64,000 bases of DNA from Glutamicibacter sp. (GTDB taxonomy: Bacteria > Actinomycetota > Actinomycetes > Actinomycetales > Micrococcaceae): NCBI RefSeq assembly GCF_050701915.1, contig NZ_JBOGEG010000015.1:9569-73568 (forward strand). Direction: 5' to 3'. The translations under genes were made by a program, and so were the position numbers. The notes under the pieces are model-generated. The model was not told the DNA's origin, did no database searches, and saw only the letters and a program-made list of their open reading frames with translations. Position 1 is the first letter of the stretch; the number at the start of each line of letters is the position of its first letter. Below are positions 33,792 to 43,661 of the stretch, piece after piece.

Positions 33792-35096
33792 TTGTTCAGC
33801 GCCATAGCCCGAGTTTTTCGGACGCCTGATCTGCGCAACAAGTTGCTGTTCACGCTTGGGATCATTGCGATCTATCGTGTCGGTGTATTCATTCCCGCTC
33901 CGGGCATTGATTACAGCAACGTTCAGCAGTGTCTGGCAATGGGTGAAACCACCGGTGGACTTTATTCATTCGTGAACCTGTTCAGTGGCGGCGCCCTGCT
34001 GCAGGTCTCGGTTTTCGCAATGGGAATCATGCCGTACATTACCGCGGCAATTATCGTCCAGTTGCTGCGTGTGGTGATCCCGCACTTCGAGGCCCTGCAC
34101 AAGGAAGGCCAGGCCGGCCAGGCCAAGATGACGCAATACACGCGTTATCTGACCATCGCCTTGGCACTGCTTCAGGGAACCACATTGGTCACCCTGGCCC
34201 GTACCGGCAGCCTGTTCCCAAGCTGTACCCTTCCGCTGGTCCCGGATGACTCATTGATTGTCATCATGCTGATGATCATCACCCTCACCGCAGGCACCGG
34301 CCTGATCATGTGGATGGGCGAGTTGATCACCGAGCGCGGCATCGGCAACGGCATGTCCATCCTGATCTTCATCTCCATTGCTTCGGGCTTCCCATCCTCG
34401 ATGGGCGCCATCTTCCAGGCGCAGGGCATCATGACATTCATCGGCGTGCTGCTGGTGGGCCTGTTGATTGTGGCCCTGGTGGTCTTCGTCGAGCAGTCCC
34501 AGCGCCGTGTTCCGGTGCAGTATGCCAAGCGCACCGTGGGCCGCCGCACCGTGGGCGGCACCTCCACCTATATTCCTTTGAAGCTGAATATGGCGAACGT
34601 GATCCCAGTGATCTTCGCCAGCTCCATCCTGGCTTTGCCGCAGATGATCGTTCAGTTCAACCAGAACGATGACGGCACCTTGCCGCAGTGGGCGATGTGG
34701 CTGCAGGAGCACTCGGCGACTTCCTCGCCGTGGTACATGCTGGTGTACACCTTGCTGATCATCGGCTTCACCTACTTCTATGTCGCGATTACCTTCAACC
34801 CTGAAGAGGTCGCCGACAACATGAAGAAGTACGGCGGATTCATTCCGGGCATTCGCGCTGGTCGTCCGACCGCCGAGTACCTGCAGTACGTGATCTCCCG
34901 TATTACCTTCCCGGGCGCGTTGTACCTCGCGTTCGTTGCGTTGATCCCGCTGATTGCCTTCGTGCTGTTCAACGCTGACCAAAGCTTCCCATTTGGCGGT
35001 ACATCGATCCTGATTATGGTTGGTGTGGGTTTGGAAACCGTCAAGCAAATCAATGCTCAAATGCAGCAACGGAACTATGAAGGGCTTCTGCGATGA
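33792..35096 (+). CDS. secY: Preprotein translocase subunit SecY
   Basis: 434 aa, TTG start after CAGGAGGAC. LRNKLLFTLGIIAIYRVG..LFSGGAL..GIMPYITA. Confidence 0.97.
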   Translation: MFSAIARVFRTPDLRNKLLFTLGIIAIYRVGVFIPAPGIDYSNVQQCLAMGETTGGLYSFVNLFSGGALLQVSVFAMGIMPYITAAIIVQLLRVVIPHFEALHKEGQAGQAKMTQYTRYLTIALALLQGTTLVTLARTGSLFPSCTLPLVPDDSLIVIMLMIITLTAGTGLIMWMGELITERGIGNGMSILIFISIASGFPSSMGAIFQAQGIMTFIGVLLVGLLIVALVVFVEQSQRRVPVQYAKRTVGRRTVGGTSTYIPLKLNMANVIPVIFASSILALPQMIVQFNQNDDGTLPQWAMWLQEHSATSSPWYMLVYTLLIIGFTYFYVAITFNPEEVADNMKKYGGFIPGIRAGRPTAEYLQYVISRITFPGALYLAFVALIPLIAFVLFNADQSFPFGGTSILIMVGVGLETVKQINAQMQQRNYEGLLR

Positions 35097-35665
35097 GTCG
35101 ACTGCTAATTATTGGACCACCCGGTGCCGGCAAAGGCACCCAGGCCGTAAAGATCTCCGAGCGCTTGGACATTGTTGCCATCTCGACCGGTGACATCTTC
35201 CGTGCCAACGTCAAGGGCGGCACCCCGCTGGGTCTCGAAGCCAGCAAGTACATTGACAACGGAGACTTTGTACCTGATTCGGTCACCAACAACATGGTTG
35301 AAGACCGCCTGAACCAGGACGACGTCGCCAAGGGCTTCCTGCTGGACGGCTACCCGCGCACCAGCGCACAGGTGGACGCGCTGGATGCGATGCTGGCCAA
35401 CAAGGGCATCGCCCTGGACGCAGTGCTGCAGCTGACCGCCGATGACGACGAGCTGGTAGCCCGCCTGCTGAAGCGTGCCGAGATCGAAGGCCGCGCCGAT
35501 GACACCGAAGAGGTCATCCGCCACCGCCTGGGCCTGTACAACGAAGAGACTCGCGTCGTTGTGGAGCGCTACGAGGAACGCGGCATCGTGCGCAAGGTCG
35601 ATGGCCTGGGCGCTATCGAAGAAGTCACCGATCGTGTTCTTGCAGCGTTGAACGTCAACGCCTAG
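35093..35665 (+). CDS. adk: Adenylate kinase
   Basis: 190 aa. The ATG overlaps the secY stop (ATGA). GPPGAGKGTQA P-loop and LLDGYPRT. Confidence 0.97.
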   Translation: MSRLLIIGPPGAGKGTQAVKISERLDIVAISTGDIFRANVKGGTPLGLEASKYIDNGDFVPDSVTNNMVEDRLNQDDVAKGFLLDGYPRTSAQVDALDAMLANKGIALDAVLQLTADDDELVARLLKRAEIEGRADDTEEVIRHRLGLYNEETRVVVERYEERGIVRKVDGLGAIEEVTDRVLAALNVNA

Positions 35666-35682
35666 ACACAAGCGTTACAACG

Positions 35683-35738
35683 CGCAGGGACCGTGCGGCA
35701 ACAATGGATGTTGCAGCCCGGTCCCTGCGTACTTTTTG
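35683..35738 (+). terminator. Intrinsic terminator after adk
   Basis: CGCAGGGACCG (35683-35693) / CGGTCCCTGCG (35719-35729) with an extended inner stem, then TACTTTTT. Confidence 0.8.
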
Positions 35739-35810
35739 CATTGATGGACCTTGCCGTTGCCGGCCGCGGCACATGGCAAGGGCATCACACTTTGAGGCAG
35801 GGGAATCACA

Positions 35811-36644
35811 TTGGCTTTAGGACAGCCGAAAATCGAGTACAAATCCAATTCCGAGATCCTGAAGATGCGCCAGGCCGGATTGGTGCTGGCTGAAGCGCTG
35901 GACGAAGCCGCTGCGATGGCTCGCCCGGGTGTGCGGACCGAAGCGATCAACCAGGCCTTTGGCAAGGTGCTTGAACGCCACAACGCGACCAGCAACTTCC
36001 TTGGCTACCATGGTTTCCCAGCGAATATCTGCGCCTCGGTCAACCACGAGGTAGTCCACGGCTTCCCGTCGGACTACGAGCTGAAGGACGGCGACGTGCT
36101 GAAGATCGATGGTGGGGCCATCATCGACGGCTGGCACTCCGACTCGGCACGCACCGTGTTGGTCGGCGAGAACATCGACCCGGCCGATCAGCGCCTGAGC
36201 GACATCACGGAGCAGGCCATGTGGGCCGGCATTGCCGCGGCGGCCAACGCACGCTTCATCGGACAGATCGGCCAGGCCATCGATGACTTCGTCACCAGTC
36301 AGCCAGGCGACGAGCTGGGCATCCTCGAAGACTACTGCGGCCACGGCATCGGCTCGCAGATGCACATGGCGCCGGATGTGCTGAACTACAACTCCGGGCA
36401 CCGCGGCCCACGCATCAAGCCGGGCATGTGCTTGGCCATCGAGCCAATGCTGGTTCGCGGCGGCATCGAGACCTCTGTGCTGGAAGACGACTGGACCGTT
36501 GTCACCAACGACAAGTCCAACGCCTCGCAGTGGGAGCACACCGTAGCGTTCCACATGGGCGGCATCTGGGTATTGACCGCGCATGACGGGGGAGCAGCCG
36601 GGCTGGCTCCTTTCGGCGTGACCCCATCGCCGATTCAGGGCTAG
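35811..36644 (+). CDS. map: Methionine aminopeptidase type I
   Basis: 277 aa, TTG start. MRQAGLVLAEAL..VVHGFP..DGWHSDSARTV..GHGIG..EPML..QWEHTV. Confidence 0.95.
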   Translation: MALGQPKIEYKSNSEILKMRQAGLVLAEALDEAAAMARPGVRTEAINQAFGKVLERHNATSNFLGYHGFPANICASVNHEVVHGFPSDYELKDGDVLKIDGGAIIDGWHSDSARTVLVGENIDPADQRLSDITEQAMWAGIAAAANARFIGQIGQAIDDFVTSQPGDELGILEDYCGHGIGSQMHMAPDVLNYNSGHRGPRIKPGMCLAIEPMLVRGGIETSVLEDDWTVVTNDKSNASQWEHTVAFHMGGIWVLTAHDGGAAGLAPFGVTPSPIQG

Positions 36645-36664
36645 CCCCAGCCTGGAATTCATTG

Positions 36665-36700
36665 GATCCAGTACGCCACATGGCTGTGGCGTGCTGGATC
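36665..36700 (+). terminator. Terminator hairpin after map
   Basis: GATCCAGTACGCCACA / TGTGGCGTGCTGGATC, 16 bp with one G.U pair, followed by TAACATTTTA. Confidence 0.65.
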
Positions 36701-36874
36701 TAACATTTTAAATGTCAATGAACGATTGGCACTGTGTGGACTAATGCCGTATCGTTGTTTGTTGGTTCCTGATTTAATTGCGCCTAAAACTCTCGGGTTT
36801 TCGGTACAGGGATCGAGGACCAGAACCAATTACTTGTTGGTGGAAATTGCCAACAAAAAAAGTTAGCGGGGAAA

Positions 36875-37096
36875 ATGGGCAAGAAGGAAGGCGTCATCCA
36901 GGTAGAGGGCACCGTCTCGGAAGCACTGCCGAACGCGATGTTCCGCGTGGAGCTGCCGAATGGACACGTAGTGCTCGCCACTATCTCGGGTAAGATGCGT
37001 CAGCACTACATTCGAATCCTCCCAGAGGACCGAGTGCAGGTTGAAATGAGCCCATACGACCTCAACCGAGGTCGCATCGTTTACCGCTACAAGTAA
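36875..37096 (+). CDS. infA: Translation initiation factor IF-1
   Basis: 73 aa. [44 protein letters not shown]. Confidence 0.98.
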   Translation: MGKKEGVIQVEGTVSEALPNAMFRVELPNGHVVLATISGKMRQHYIRILPEDRVQVEMSPYDLNRGRIVYRYK

Positions 37097-37222
37097 ATCT
37101 GCAGAATCCAAGTTTTTCCCAGCGTGCGAAGCACAGTTTTGTGCAACGGCCGCTGAATGGATGTTCTTGGACGAAGCTTTTTACTGCTCCACATTTAACT
37201 GCAACCGCAAAAGGACAAAGCC

Positions 37223-37336
37223 TTGAAGGTTAACCCTAGCGTGAAGCCGATCTGCGACAAGTGCAAGGTGATCCGTCGTAACGGCGTGGTCATGGTGATC
37301 TGCGAGAACCCACGCCACAAGCAGCGTCAGGGCTAA
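37223..37336 (+). CDS. rpmJ: 50S ribosomal protein L36
   Basis: Not in the ORF track (under 60 aa). TTG start after AAAGGA. Translation is [37 protein letters not shown] with stop TAA at 37334-37336. Confidence 0.93.
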   Translation: MKVNPSVKPICDKCKVIRRNGVVMVICENPRHKQRQG

Positions 37337-37383
37337 TTCCGTTTTTACGGGATTCCCACGCGTAGTCAATTAGGCAGTATCAG

Positions 37384-37464
37384 CTAGGACGAAAGTCCTG
37401 GTGTACCCCCGGATTCGGAGGCCGGGGCCGTGAGCAATCACGGAAGGTACTGCTCCAGACCTCC
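37384..37464 (+). promoter_or_regulatory. Structured 5' leader of rpsM (three tandem hairpins, pseudoknot-capable)
   Basis: Hairpin 1 is 37384-37401 with a GAAA loop. Hairpin 2 is CCCCGG (37407-37412) / CCGGGG (37422-37427). Hairpin 3 is CCGTGA GCAA TCACGG (37428-37443). GGAGG in the hairpin 2 loop (37417-37421) is complementary to CCTCC (37460-37464), just upstream of the rpsM RBS. Confidence 0.45.
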
Positions 37465-37484
37465 GTTCGTTGAAAGGTAGCCAC

Positions 37485-37859
37485 TTGGCTCGTTTAGCAG
37501 GCGTGGACATTCCACGCGAGAAGCGCGTAATCATCGCGCTGACTTACATCTACGGCGTGGGCAAGACCCGTGCAGAAGAGACCATCGCAGCGACCGGCAT
37601 CAGCCCGGACACTCGCGTGAAGGATCTCACCGATGACCAGCTCGTGCAGCTGCGCGACTTCGTCGAAGCCACCTACAAGGTAGAAGGTGACCTGCGCCGT
37701 GAGGTTCAGGCTGACATTCGCCGCAAGGTAGAGATCGGATCCTACGAAGGTATTCGTCACCGTAAGGGCCTGCCGGTCCGCGGTCAGCGCACCAAGACCA
37801 ACGCACGTACCCGTAAGGGCCCGAAGCGTACCGTCGCAGGTAAGAAGAAGACTCGCTAA
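37485..37859 (+). CDS. rpsM: 30S ribosomal protein S13
   Basis: 124 aa from the TTG at 37485, after [24 protein letters not shown].. The track ORF start at 37470 adds 5 non-conserved residues. Confidence 0.96.
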   Translation: MARLAGVDIPREKRVIIALTYIYGVGKTRAEETIAATGISPDTRVKDLTDDQLVQLRDFVEATYKVEGDLRREVQADIRRKVEIGSYEGIRHRKGLPVRGQRTKTNARTRKGPKRTVAGKKKTR

Positions 37860-37902
37860 ATCTTAGCGATCTAGTTCAAATACTTTTTTCGTAGGAGAAG
37901 AA

Positions 37903-38304
37903 ATGCCCCCAAAGACTCGTGGAGCGGTACGTAAGCCGCGTCGCAAGGACAAAAAGAATATTGCGCAGGGACAGGCGCATATCAAGAGCACCTTCAACAA
38001 CACCATCGTATCGATCACCGATCCGACTGGCGCTGTTATCTCGTGGGCTTCGGCCGGCGAGGTAGGCATGAAGGGTTCGCGTAAGTCGACCCCATACGCT
38101 GCCCAGATGGCTGCTGAGTCCGCTGCAAAGCGCGCTCAGGAGCACGGCATGCGCAAGGTTGACGTTTTCGTCAAGGGCCCAGGCTCGGGACGCGAAACCG
38201 CGATCCGTTCGCTGCAGGCTGCTGGCCTTGAGGTTGGATCCATCCAGGATGTTTCCCCAAGCGCTCACAACGGTTGCCGCCCATCGAAGCGTCGCCGCGT
38301 CTAA
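37903..38304 (+). CDS. rpsK: 30S ribosomal protein S11
   Basis: 133 aa. [30 protein letters not shown].. Confidence 0.97.
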   Translation: MPPKTRGAVRKPRRKDKKNIAQGQAHIKSTFNNTIVSITDPTGAVISWASAGEVGMKGSRKSTPYAAQMAAESAAKRAQEHGMRKVDVFVKGPGSGRETAIRSLQAAGLEVGSIQDVSPSAHNGCRPSKRRRV

Positions 38305-38330
38305 TTGATTCGCTAGGCTTAGCCTAAGAA

Positions 38331-38366
38331 GTCACCGAAGCATTCCCTCGTGGGTGCTCCGGTGAC
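38331..38366 (+). terminator. Hairpin (possible attenuator) between rpsK and rpoA
   Basis: GTCACCGAAGCA / TGCTCCGGTGAC, 12-bp stem with one mismatch, then TATCTT. Occupies the position where rpsD sits in many bacteria. Confidence 0.4.
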
Positions 38367-38474
38367 TATCTTGGACTTATTAGCCTGCAAAAAGACGAAC
38401 GGCCACCTCAGGCTACCGTCGTTTCCACCCCCGTGAAGCGTCATATAGCGGACGCTCGCTGAAAGGAAATGTAA

Positions 38475-39476
38475 GTGCTCATTACGCAGCGCCCAACCCT
38501 GACCGAAGAAGTAGTTGCCGAAAACCGCTCCCGGTTCGTTATCGAACCACTGGAGCCAGGCTTTGGCTACACCCTAGGTAACTCGCTCCGCCGTACCCTG
38601 CTCTCTTCGATTCCTGGTGCCTCTGTCACCAGCGTTCGAATTGACGGTGTACTGCACGAGTTCACCACCGTAGCCGGTGTCAAGGAAGATGTCACCGAAC
38701 TGGTCTTGAACATCAAGAACCTGTCGGTATCTTCCGAGCACGACGAGCCAGTCGTTGCCTACCTGCGCAAGCAGGGCCCGGGCATCGTTACTGCAGCGGA
38801 CATCACCCCTCCAGCAGGTGTGGAGTTCCACAACCCTGATCTGCACATCGCCACCCTCAACGCCAATGGCAAGTTCGACATGGAACTGACCATTGAGCGC
38901 GGCCGCGGCTATGTGTCTGCCGCTCAGAACAAGAACATTGATGGCGAGATCGGTCGAATCCCAGTTGATTCGATCTACTCCCCAGTGTTGAAGGTGACCT
39001 TCCGCGTGGAAGCAACCCGTGTCGAGCAGCGCACCGACTTCGATCGCTTGATCGTTGACGTGGAGACCAAGGAATCGATCACCCCGCGCGATGCAGTTGC
39101 ATCCGCAGGTACCACCCTGGTTGAGCTGTTCGGTTTGTTCCGCGAACTGAACACTCAGGCTGAAGGTATCGAAATCGGTCCATCGCCAACCGATGCAGCT
39201 ATGGCTGCTGACATGGCGCTGCCGATCGAGGATCTGGAACTCACCGTTCGTTCGTACAACTGCTTGAAGCGTGAGGGCATCCACTCCGTGGGTGAACTCG
39301 TAACCCGCTCCGAGGCCGACTTGATGGACATCCGCAACTTCGGTGCGAAGTCCATTGACGAAGTCAAGGCCAAGCTGGTTGAACTGGGTCTGGCCCTGAA
39401 GGATTCCCCTCCAGGCTTCGATCTGGCCGCTCGTAGCGCCATCGACGATGGCGACGAATACGACGAAGGTCTGTAA
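38475..39476 (+). CDS. rpoA: DNA-directed RNA polymerase subunit alpha
   Basis: 333 aa, GTG start. [28 protein letters not shown] and C-terminal domain [23 protein letters not shown]. Confidence 0.98.
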   Translation: MLITQRPTLTEEVVAENRSRFVIEPLEPGFGYTLGNSLRRTLLSSIPGASVTSVRIDGVLHEFTTVAGVKEDVTELVLNIKNLSVSSEHDEPVVAYLRKQGPGIVTAADITPPAGVEFHNPDLHIATLNANGKFDMELTIERGRGYVSAAQNKNIDGEIGRIPVDSIYSPVLKVTFRVEATRVEQRTDFDRLIVDVETKESITPRDAVASAGTTLVELFGLFRELNTQAEGIEIGPSPTDAAMAADMALPIEDLELTVRSYNCLKREGIHSVGELVTRSEADLMDIRNFGAKSIDEVKAKLVELGLALKDSPPGFDLAARSAIDDGDEYDEGL

Positions 39477-39558
39477 GACCCGCGTCTAGCGACACACTAC
39501 TTCATCCGACTGAACGAAATATTCGTCCAGTACGGGTTATTCATCTAGGAGAACCACA

Positions 39559-40005
39559 ATGCCTACCCCTACCAAGGGTCCGCGTCTCGGCGGCAGTGCA
39601 GCACATGAGCGATTGATTTTCGCTAACATGTCGGCACAGCTCTTCGAGAACAAGAAGATCACCACCACCCTGACCCGTGCCAAGCGTCTGCGTCCACACG
39701 CAGAACGCCTGATCACCTTCGCTAAGCGCGGAGACCTGGCTTCGCGTCGCCGCGTCCAGGCTGTCATCGCTTCGCGTTCGCGCACCAACAAGTCGATCGT
39801 TCACGAACTGTTCGAGAACATCGCACCAGCAATGGCAAACCGCGAGGGTGGCTACACCCGCATCACCAAGATCGGTAACCGCAAGGGCGACAACGCTCCT
39901 ATGGCTGTTATCGAGCTCGTGATGGAGCCAGTTTCGCCAAAGCAGGCTGTCGTCAAGGAAGCCACCAAGGCTGCCGAGAAGGCTGCTGAGACCGAAGAGG
40001 CCTAA
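39559..40005 (+). CDS. rplQ: 50S ribosomal protein L17
   Basis: 148 aa. [37 protein letters not shown]. Confidence 0.97.
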   Translation: MPTPTKGPRLGGSAAHERLIFANMSAQLFENKKITTTLTRAKRLRPHAERLITFAKRGDLASRRRVQAVIASRSRTNKSIVHELFENIAPAMANREGGYTRITKIGNRKGDNAPMAVIELVMEPVSPKQAVVKEATKAAEKAAETEEA

Positions 40006-40042
40006 GCCCCTTCGAGCTAATGCTCCCTCGCCTGCAAGGGCG

Positions 40043-40090
40043 AAAAAGATTCCCGTTGGATCCGCAAGGAACCAACGGGAATCTTTTGTT
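40043..40090. terminator. Bidirectional intrinsic terminator (rplQ on +, lipoprotein gene on -)
   Basis: 15 base pairs plus one A-A mismatch, spanning 40048-40083, with GCAA tetraloop. Flanked by AAAAA upstream and TTTT downstream. Confidence 0.8.
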
Positions 40091-40167
40091 TAAGCCTGAT
40101 TGCGTGAAGATGCGGAGGGCTCTTGCCTGTCAGGTGGAGAGCCAACGCATCCGCATCTTGGAACTGC

Positions 40168-40608
40168 CTAGCTGAACGAATCCATGTCCGGGCAAGCAGT
40201 ATTCAGGTATTCGGTAGCCTCGGCTGCTTCAGCCGTATCCAGTTCGGCGATCTTCTGCGAAATCTCCATCAGGTTGCTGCTGTTGCCCTCAGCCATCAGT
40301 CCAGCCATTTTCTTGGTCTGCTCCGATGCCGCATTCAACGACGTGGCAAGCTTATTGTCCTTCGTATTATCAGCGGCTTCGCCCAGAATCGAATCAAATT
40401 CGTCCATGATCTCGGCATAGGCCGACGTGTCGCCAGCCAAGACCTCTGCGCTGGAGTCCTCCGCCTTCTCCTGCAGTCCGCGCTCGGCTACCTGGTCATT
40501 GATAAAAGTGCAGGTGTCCTCGGTGGACATTTTGCCTGCACCGCAGCCAGTGAGCATGAGGGATGCAAGGGTGAGTACAGCGGCAGATGCCGCGATCTTT
40601 TTCAACAT
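40168..40608 (-). CDS. Small secreted helical lipoprotein, unknown function (paralog 1)
   Basis: 146 aa. Signal peptide plus lipobox LTGC. Cys about 11 residues after the lipobox Cys (DTC) and a C-terminal NTACP. Acidic and helical. Confidence 0.7.
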   Translation of the reverse strand: MLKKIAASAAVLTLASLMLTGCGAGKMSTEDTCTFINDQVAERGLQEKAEDSSAEVLAGDTSAYAEIMDEFDSILGEAADNTKDNKLATSLNAASEQTKKMAGLMAEGNSSNLMEISQKIAELDTAEAAEATEYLNTACPDMDSFS

Positions 40609-40735
40609 GGAGATCCTTAGGCGATGATAATCCGCTGGCCCAGCAGGTGAGGCAACGATAAGTACTTGTTTATTCTATAGGCAGGAGTTATTACAGTCAG
40701 CGTATGACATGACCGGATCTGCAGAAAACGAGTTC

Positions 40736-41188
40736 CTAGGGTGCGGACGGGGCAGGATCAGGAAGAGAAGCAGGGCAGGTTTCCTGCACATAGACGGTGT
40801 ATTGATCCTGCAGTCCGGCCTTGGCCGCCTCGACGTCTGACGCCAGCGTTGGATCGTCAAAGGGACGACCGGCAATGAGGCCAATGAAGTCTTGGTAGTT
40901 CTTGATTTCGGACTTCAACGCAGTGCGCAAGTGCTTATTGCCAGTCTGCTCGGAGACTGCCCGGTAGATCACGATGGCCGTTTCCATAGCTTCAACTGCA
41001 GGTTCCGAATTCTGCGCAAGAATCCCCATATACGCCAGGGCCCACTTTTCCTCGATGGAATGCTCAACTGCCAATTCATCAAGCAGTGCGCATGACTGCC
41101 TTGTGTTCAGCTGCCCCGAACTGCAACCGCTCAAGCAGAGCGAAACGGCTGCGGATATCGCGATGAAGCTAGCGGCACTCTTGAACAT
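40736..41188 (-). CDS. Small secreted helical lipoprotein, unknown function (paralog 2)
   Basis: 150 aa. Signal peptide plus lipobox LSGC. Cys about 11 residues after the lipobox Cys (QSC) and a C-terminal QETCP. Same architecture as the neighbouring gene. Confidence 0.7.
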   Translation of the reverse strand: MFKSAASFIAISAAVSLCLSGCSSGQLNTRQSCALLDELAVEHSIEEKWALAYMGILAQNSEPAVEAMETAIVIYRAVSEQTGNKHLRTALKSEIKNYQDFIGLIAGRPFDDPTLASDVEAAKAGLQDQYTVYVQETCPASLPDPAPSAP

Positions 41189-41356
41189 GGTGAGTCCTTA
41201 GGGTGGTGCGGATGGAACGGCTGCCCGTGCGGCAGGTCCGTGGAATGCACATAGGCTACCTCCGGCAGTAATTCTCGTCTTTGGGCCTGTGGATAACGGC
41301 GTGAAGGCGGGCACCTGATTCGACGGTTGCGCGTATCCTTACGCATAATTGAATAC

Positions 41357-42292
41357 ATGAGTACTCAGCCAGAAAGCATCGATCCAATGGGCACCACCGC
41401 ATTGGGGGCCACTGAAGCACCAGCATGGATCCGCATGCGCATGGTGCTCGGATACGACGGCGCCGCCTATAGCGGTTGGGCACGCCAGCCCAATGTCTTG
41501 GGCGTGCAGCAGCTGGTTGAAGAGGCCCTGGAATTGATGATCCGCCGCCGCGTGCGTGTGGTTGTTGCAGGCCGCACTGATGCTGGCGTGCATGCGCGCC
41601 ACCAGGTGGTGCATTTCGACCTGACCGAGGAAGAGTACGCGGGCCTGCCACGCAAGGCGCCCTTGGCTCCTGGTCCTGCGCTCGTACGCCGCATCAATGG
41701 CATTCTTGGCCGCCAAGATGGTGCCGTGTGGGTACATGACGCCGAACGCGCACCCGAAGGCTTCGATGCCCGCTTCTCGGCGCTGGCCCGCCGGTACTCC
41801 TACCGGGTCGCCGATGGCCAGCAGCGTTGGGATCCACTGACCCGCCACCTGACCACGTGGCACCGTGAAGAGCTGGATGTCGAAGCGATGAACCGCGAGG
41901 CGCAGAGCGTGCTGGGCCGCCACGACTTCTTGACCTACTGCAAGCCCCGTCCGCATGCCACGACCATCCGCACCTTGCAGGAGTTCAGCTTCACCCGCGG
42001 AGTCGACGGCTTGGTGCTGGCGCATTTGAAGGCCGATGCCTTTTGCCACAACATGGTCCGTGCGCTGATCGGTGCCGCGATGATGGTGGGGGATGGGCGT
42101 GAGCAACCGGGGTTCTTGGCCCAGCGGCTGGAACAGATGGTCCGCGACTCCAAGACCAAGCTTTCGCACCCGCGGGCCTTGGTTCTTGAAGAGGTCTACT
42201 ACCCAGAGGCTGAAGAACTGGCAGAGCGAGCACGTCTGACCCGGGCCCGGCGAACCGAAGCCGAGGTCGATGAAGCCTGCATGGAAAGCTGA
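41357..42292 (+). CDS. truA: tRNA pseudouridine(38-40) synthase
   Basis: RMVLGYDGAAYSGWARQP..VVAGRTDAGVHA (catalytic Asp motif). Start taken at ATG 41357; the track ORF begins at 41327. Confidence 0.9.
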   Translation: MSTQPESIDPMGTTALGATEAPAWIRMRMVLGYDGAAYSGWARQPNVLGVQQLVEEALELMIRRRVRVVVAGRTDAGVHARHQVVHFDLTEEEYAGLPRKAPLAPGPALVRRINGILGRQDGAVWVHDAERAPEGFDARFSALARRYSYRVADGQQRWDPLTRHLTTWHREELDVEAMNREAQSVLGRHDFLTYCKPRPHATTIRTLQEFSFTRGVDGLVLAHLKADAFCHNMVRALIGAAMMVGDGREQPGFLAQRLEQMVRDSKTKLSHPRALVLEEVYYPEAEELAERARLTRARRTEAEVDEACMES

Positions 42293-42349
42293 TTAGTCAA
42301 TAATCCCCGGGATCTTAAGGGTGTTGTTGCTCACGACGTACATGCTTTT

Positions 42350-42379
42350 TTGGCCGGAAACACTTTAATCCGCTAAACT
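42350..42379 (+). promoter_or_regulatory. Candidate promoter of rplM-rpsI
   Basis: TTGGCC (42350-42355), 18-nt spacer, TAAACT (42374-42379). Would give a leader of about 230 nt. Confidence 0.35.
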
Positions 42380-42617
42380 TTTATGAGTTGTGTATGTCCA
42401 CGTTCGACACTACACGCCCAAGCGTGACGGCTTAGTTGCATAGTCGCTGGTCTGCTGGGTGTGCGAACAACATATGGACGGCCGGTTATCATCAGTCCTC
42501 ACCTGACGTACTGGTCTAAACACAAGAACAACACGACAGTGCCTGTCACTGGGGGATCTCACCGCCTTCAGCCAAGCGACTGTTTGACCAGAAACGAATC
42601 AACGTAAGGCAATTACT

Positions 42618-43061
42618 GTGCGTACGTACACCCCAAAGCCGGCTGACCAGACTCGTCAGTGGTATGTCATTGACGCCACCGACGTAGTACTCGGCCGTCT
42701 CGCCGTCCAGGCCGCAACCCTGCTGCGCGGCAAGCACAAGCCAACCTATGCTGCACACATGGACATGGGCGACCATGTCATCATCATCAATGCAGACAAG
42801 GTTGCACTGACCGGTAAGAAGCTGCTGAACAAGCGCGCTTACCGCCACTCCGGCTTCCCAGGTGGCCTGAAGAGCATCAACTACGCAGACCTGCTGGAAA
42901 AGAACCCAGTACTGGCTGTCGAGAAGGCTATCAAGGGCATGCTGCCTAAGAACAAGCTTTCGGATGCCCAGCTGTCCAAGCTGAAGGTCTACCGCGGCGC
43001 AGAGCACCCACACGCTGCTCAGTCGCCAAAGGCACTGGAAATTACCCAGGTCGCTCAGTAG
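42618..43061 (+). CDS. rplM: 50S ribosomal protein L13
   Basis: 147 aa, GTG start. [29 protein letters not shown]. Confidence 0.97.
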   Translation: MRTYTPKPADQTRQWYVIDATDVVLGRLAVQAATLLRGKHKPTYAAHMDMGDHVIIINADKVALTGKKLLNKRAYRHSGFPGGLKSINYADLLEKNPVLAVEKAIKGMLPKNKLSDAQLSKLKVYRGAEHPHAAQSPKALEITQVAQ

Positions 43062-43099
43062 TCCTGGCCCCGAGAAGAAATACTTAATAGGAGATTATC

Positions 43100-43600
43100 G
43101 TGGCTCAGAACGCTGAAGAAACCACTGAATTCGAGGGTGAGACCCCTTCGACTTACACTACCGAGACCGCAGCTTCGACTGTTGCTGCTGACACCGAGCG
43201 CGCTCCACTGACCGTGCCAGGTGCAGCTGTTGGCCGTCGCAAGCAGGCTATCGCCCGCGTTCGCCTGGTACCAGGCTCCGGCAAGTGGACCGTAAACGGT
43301 CGCGAGCTGGACAACTTCTTCCCAAACAAGCTGCACCAGCAGGATGTTAACGAACCATTCAAGGTTCTGGGTCTTGAAGGCGCATACGACGTTATCGCAC
43401 GCATCAACGGCGGCGGCATCTCCGGTCAGGCTGGCGCATTGCGCCTGGGCATCGCCCGCGCCCTGAATGAGATCGACCGCGACGCTAACCGCGCCACCCT
43501 GAAGAAGGCCGGTTACCTGACTCGTGACGCACGCGTCATCGAGCGTAAGAAGGCTGGTCTGAAGAAGGCACGTAAGGCTTCGCAGTTCTCGAAGCGCTAA
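43100..43600 (+). CDS. rpsI: 30S ribosomal protein S9
   Basis: 166 aa, GTG start. [29 protein letters not shown], with an N-terminal extension of about 35 aa. Confidence 0.96.
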   Translation: MAQNAEETTEFEGETPSTYTTETAASTVAADTERAPLTVPGAAVGRRKQAIARVRLVPGSGKWTVNGRELDNFFPNKLHQQDVNEPFKVLGLEGAYDVIARINGGGISGQAGALRLGIARALNEIDRDANRATLKKAGYLTRDARVIERKKAGLKKARKASQFSKR

Positions 43601-43619
43601 ACCTTACTTCAAGGTCTTT

Positions 43620-43661
43620 CCAAAGGCCCTGGCAACCTGCAAAGGACGCCAGGGCCTTTGG
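43620..43661 (+). terminator. Hairpin after rpsI
   Basis: 14-bp perfect stem CCAAAGGCCCTGGC / GCCAGGGCCTTTGG with a 14-nt loop. No T-tract. glmM follows about 100 nt later. Confidence 0.5.

Noticed and set aside
40123-40620. 165-aa + strand ORF overlapping lipoprotein gene 1
   Set aside because: The minus-strand ORF has a clear signal peptide, a lipobox and a paralog next door. The + strand ORF has no features.
42293-42617. ESX-4-type secretion genes, which lie between truA and rplM in mycobacteria
   Set aside because: Only 325 nt of non-coding leader lie between truA and rplM here. No WXG100 or ecc genes are present.
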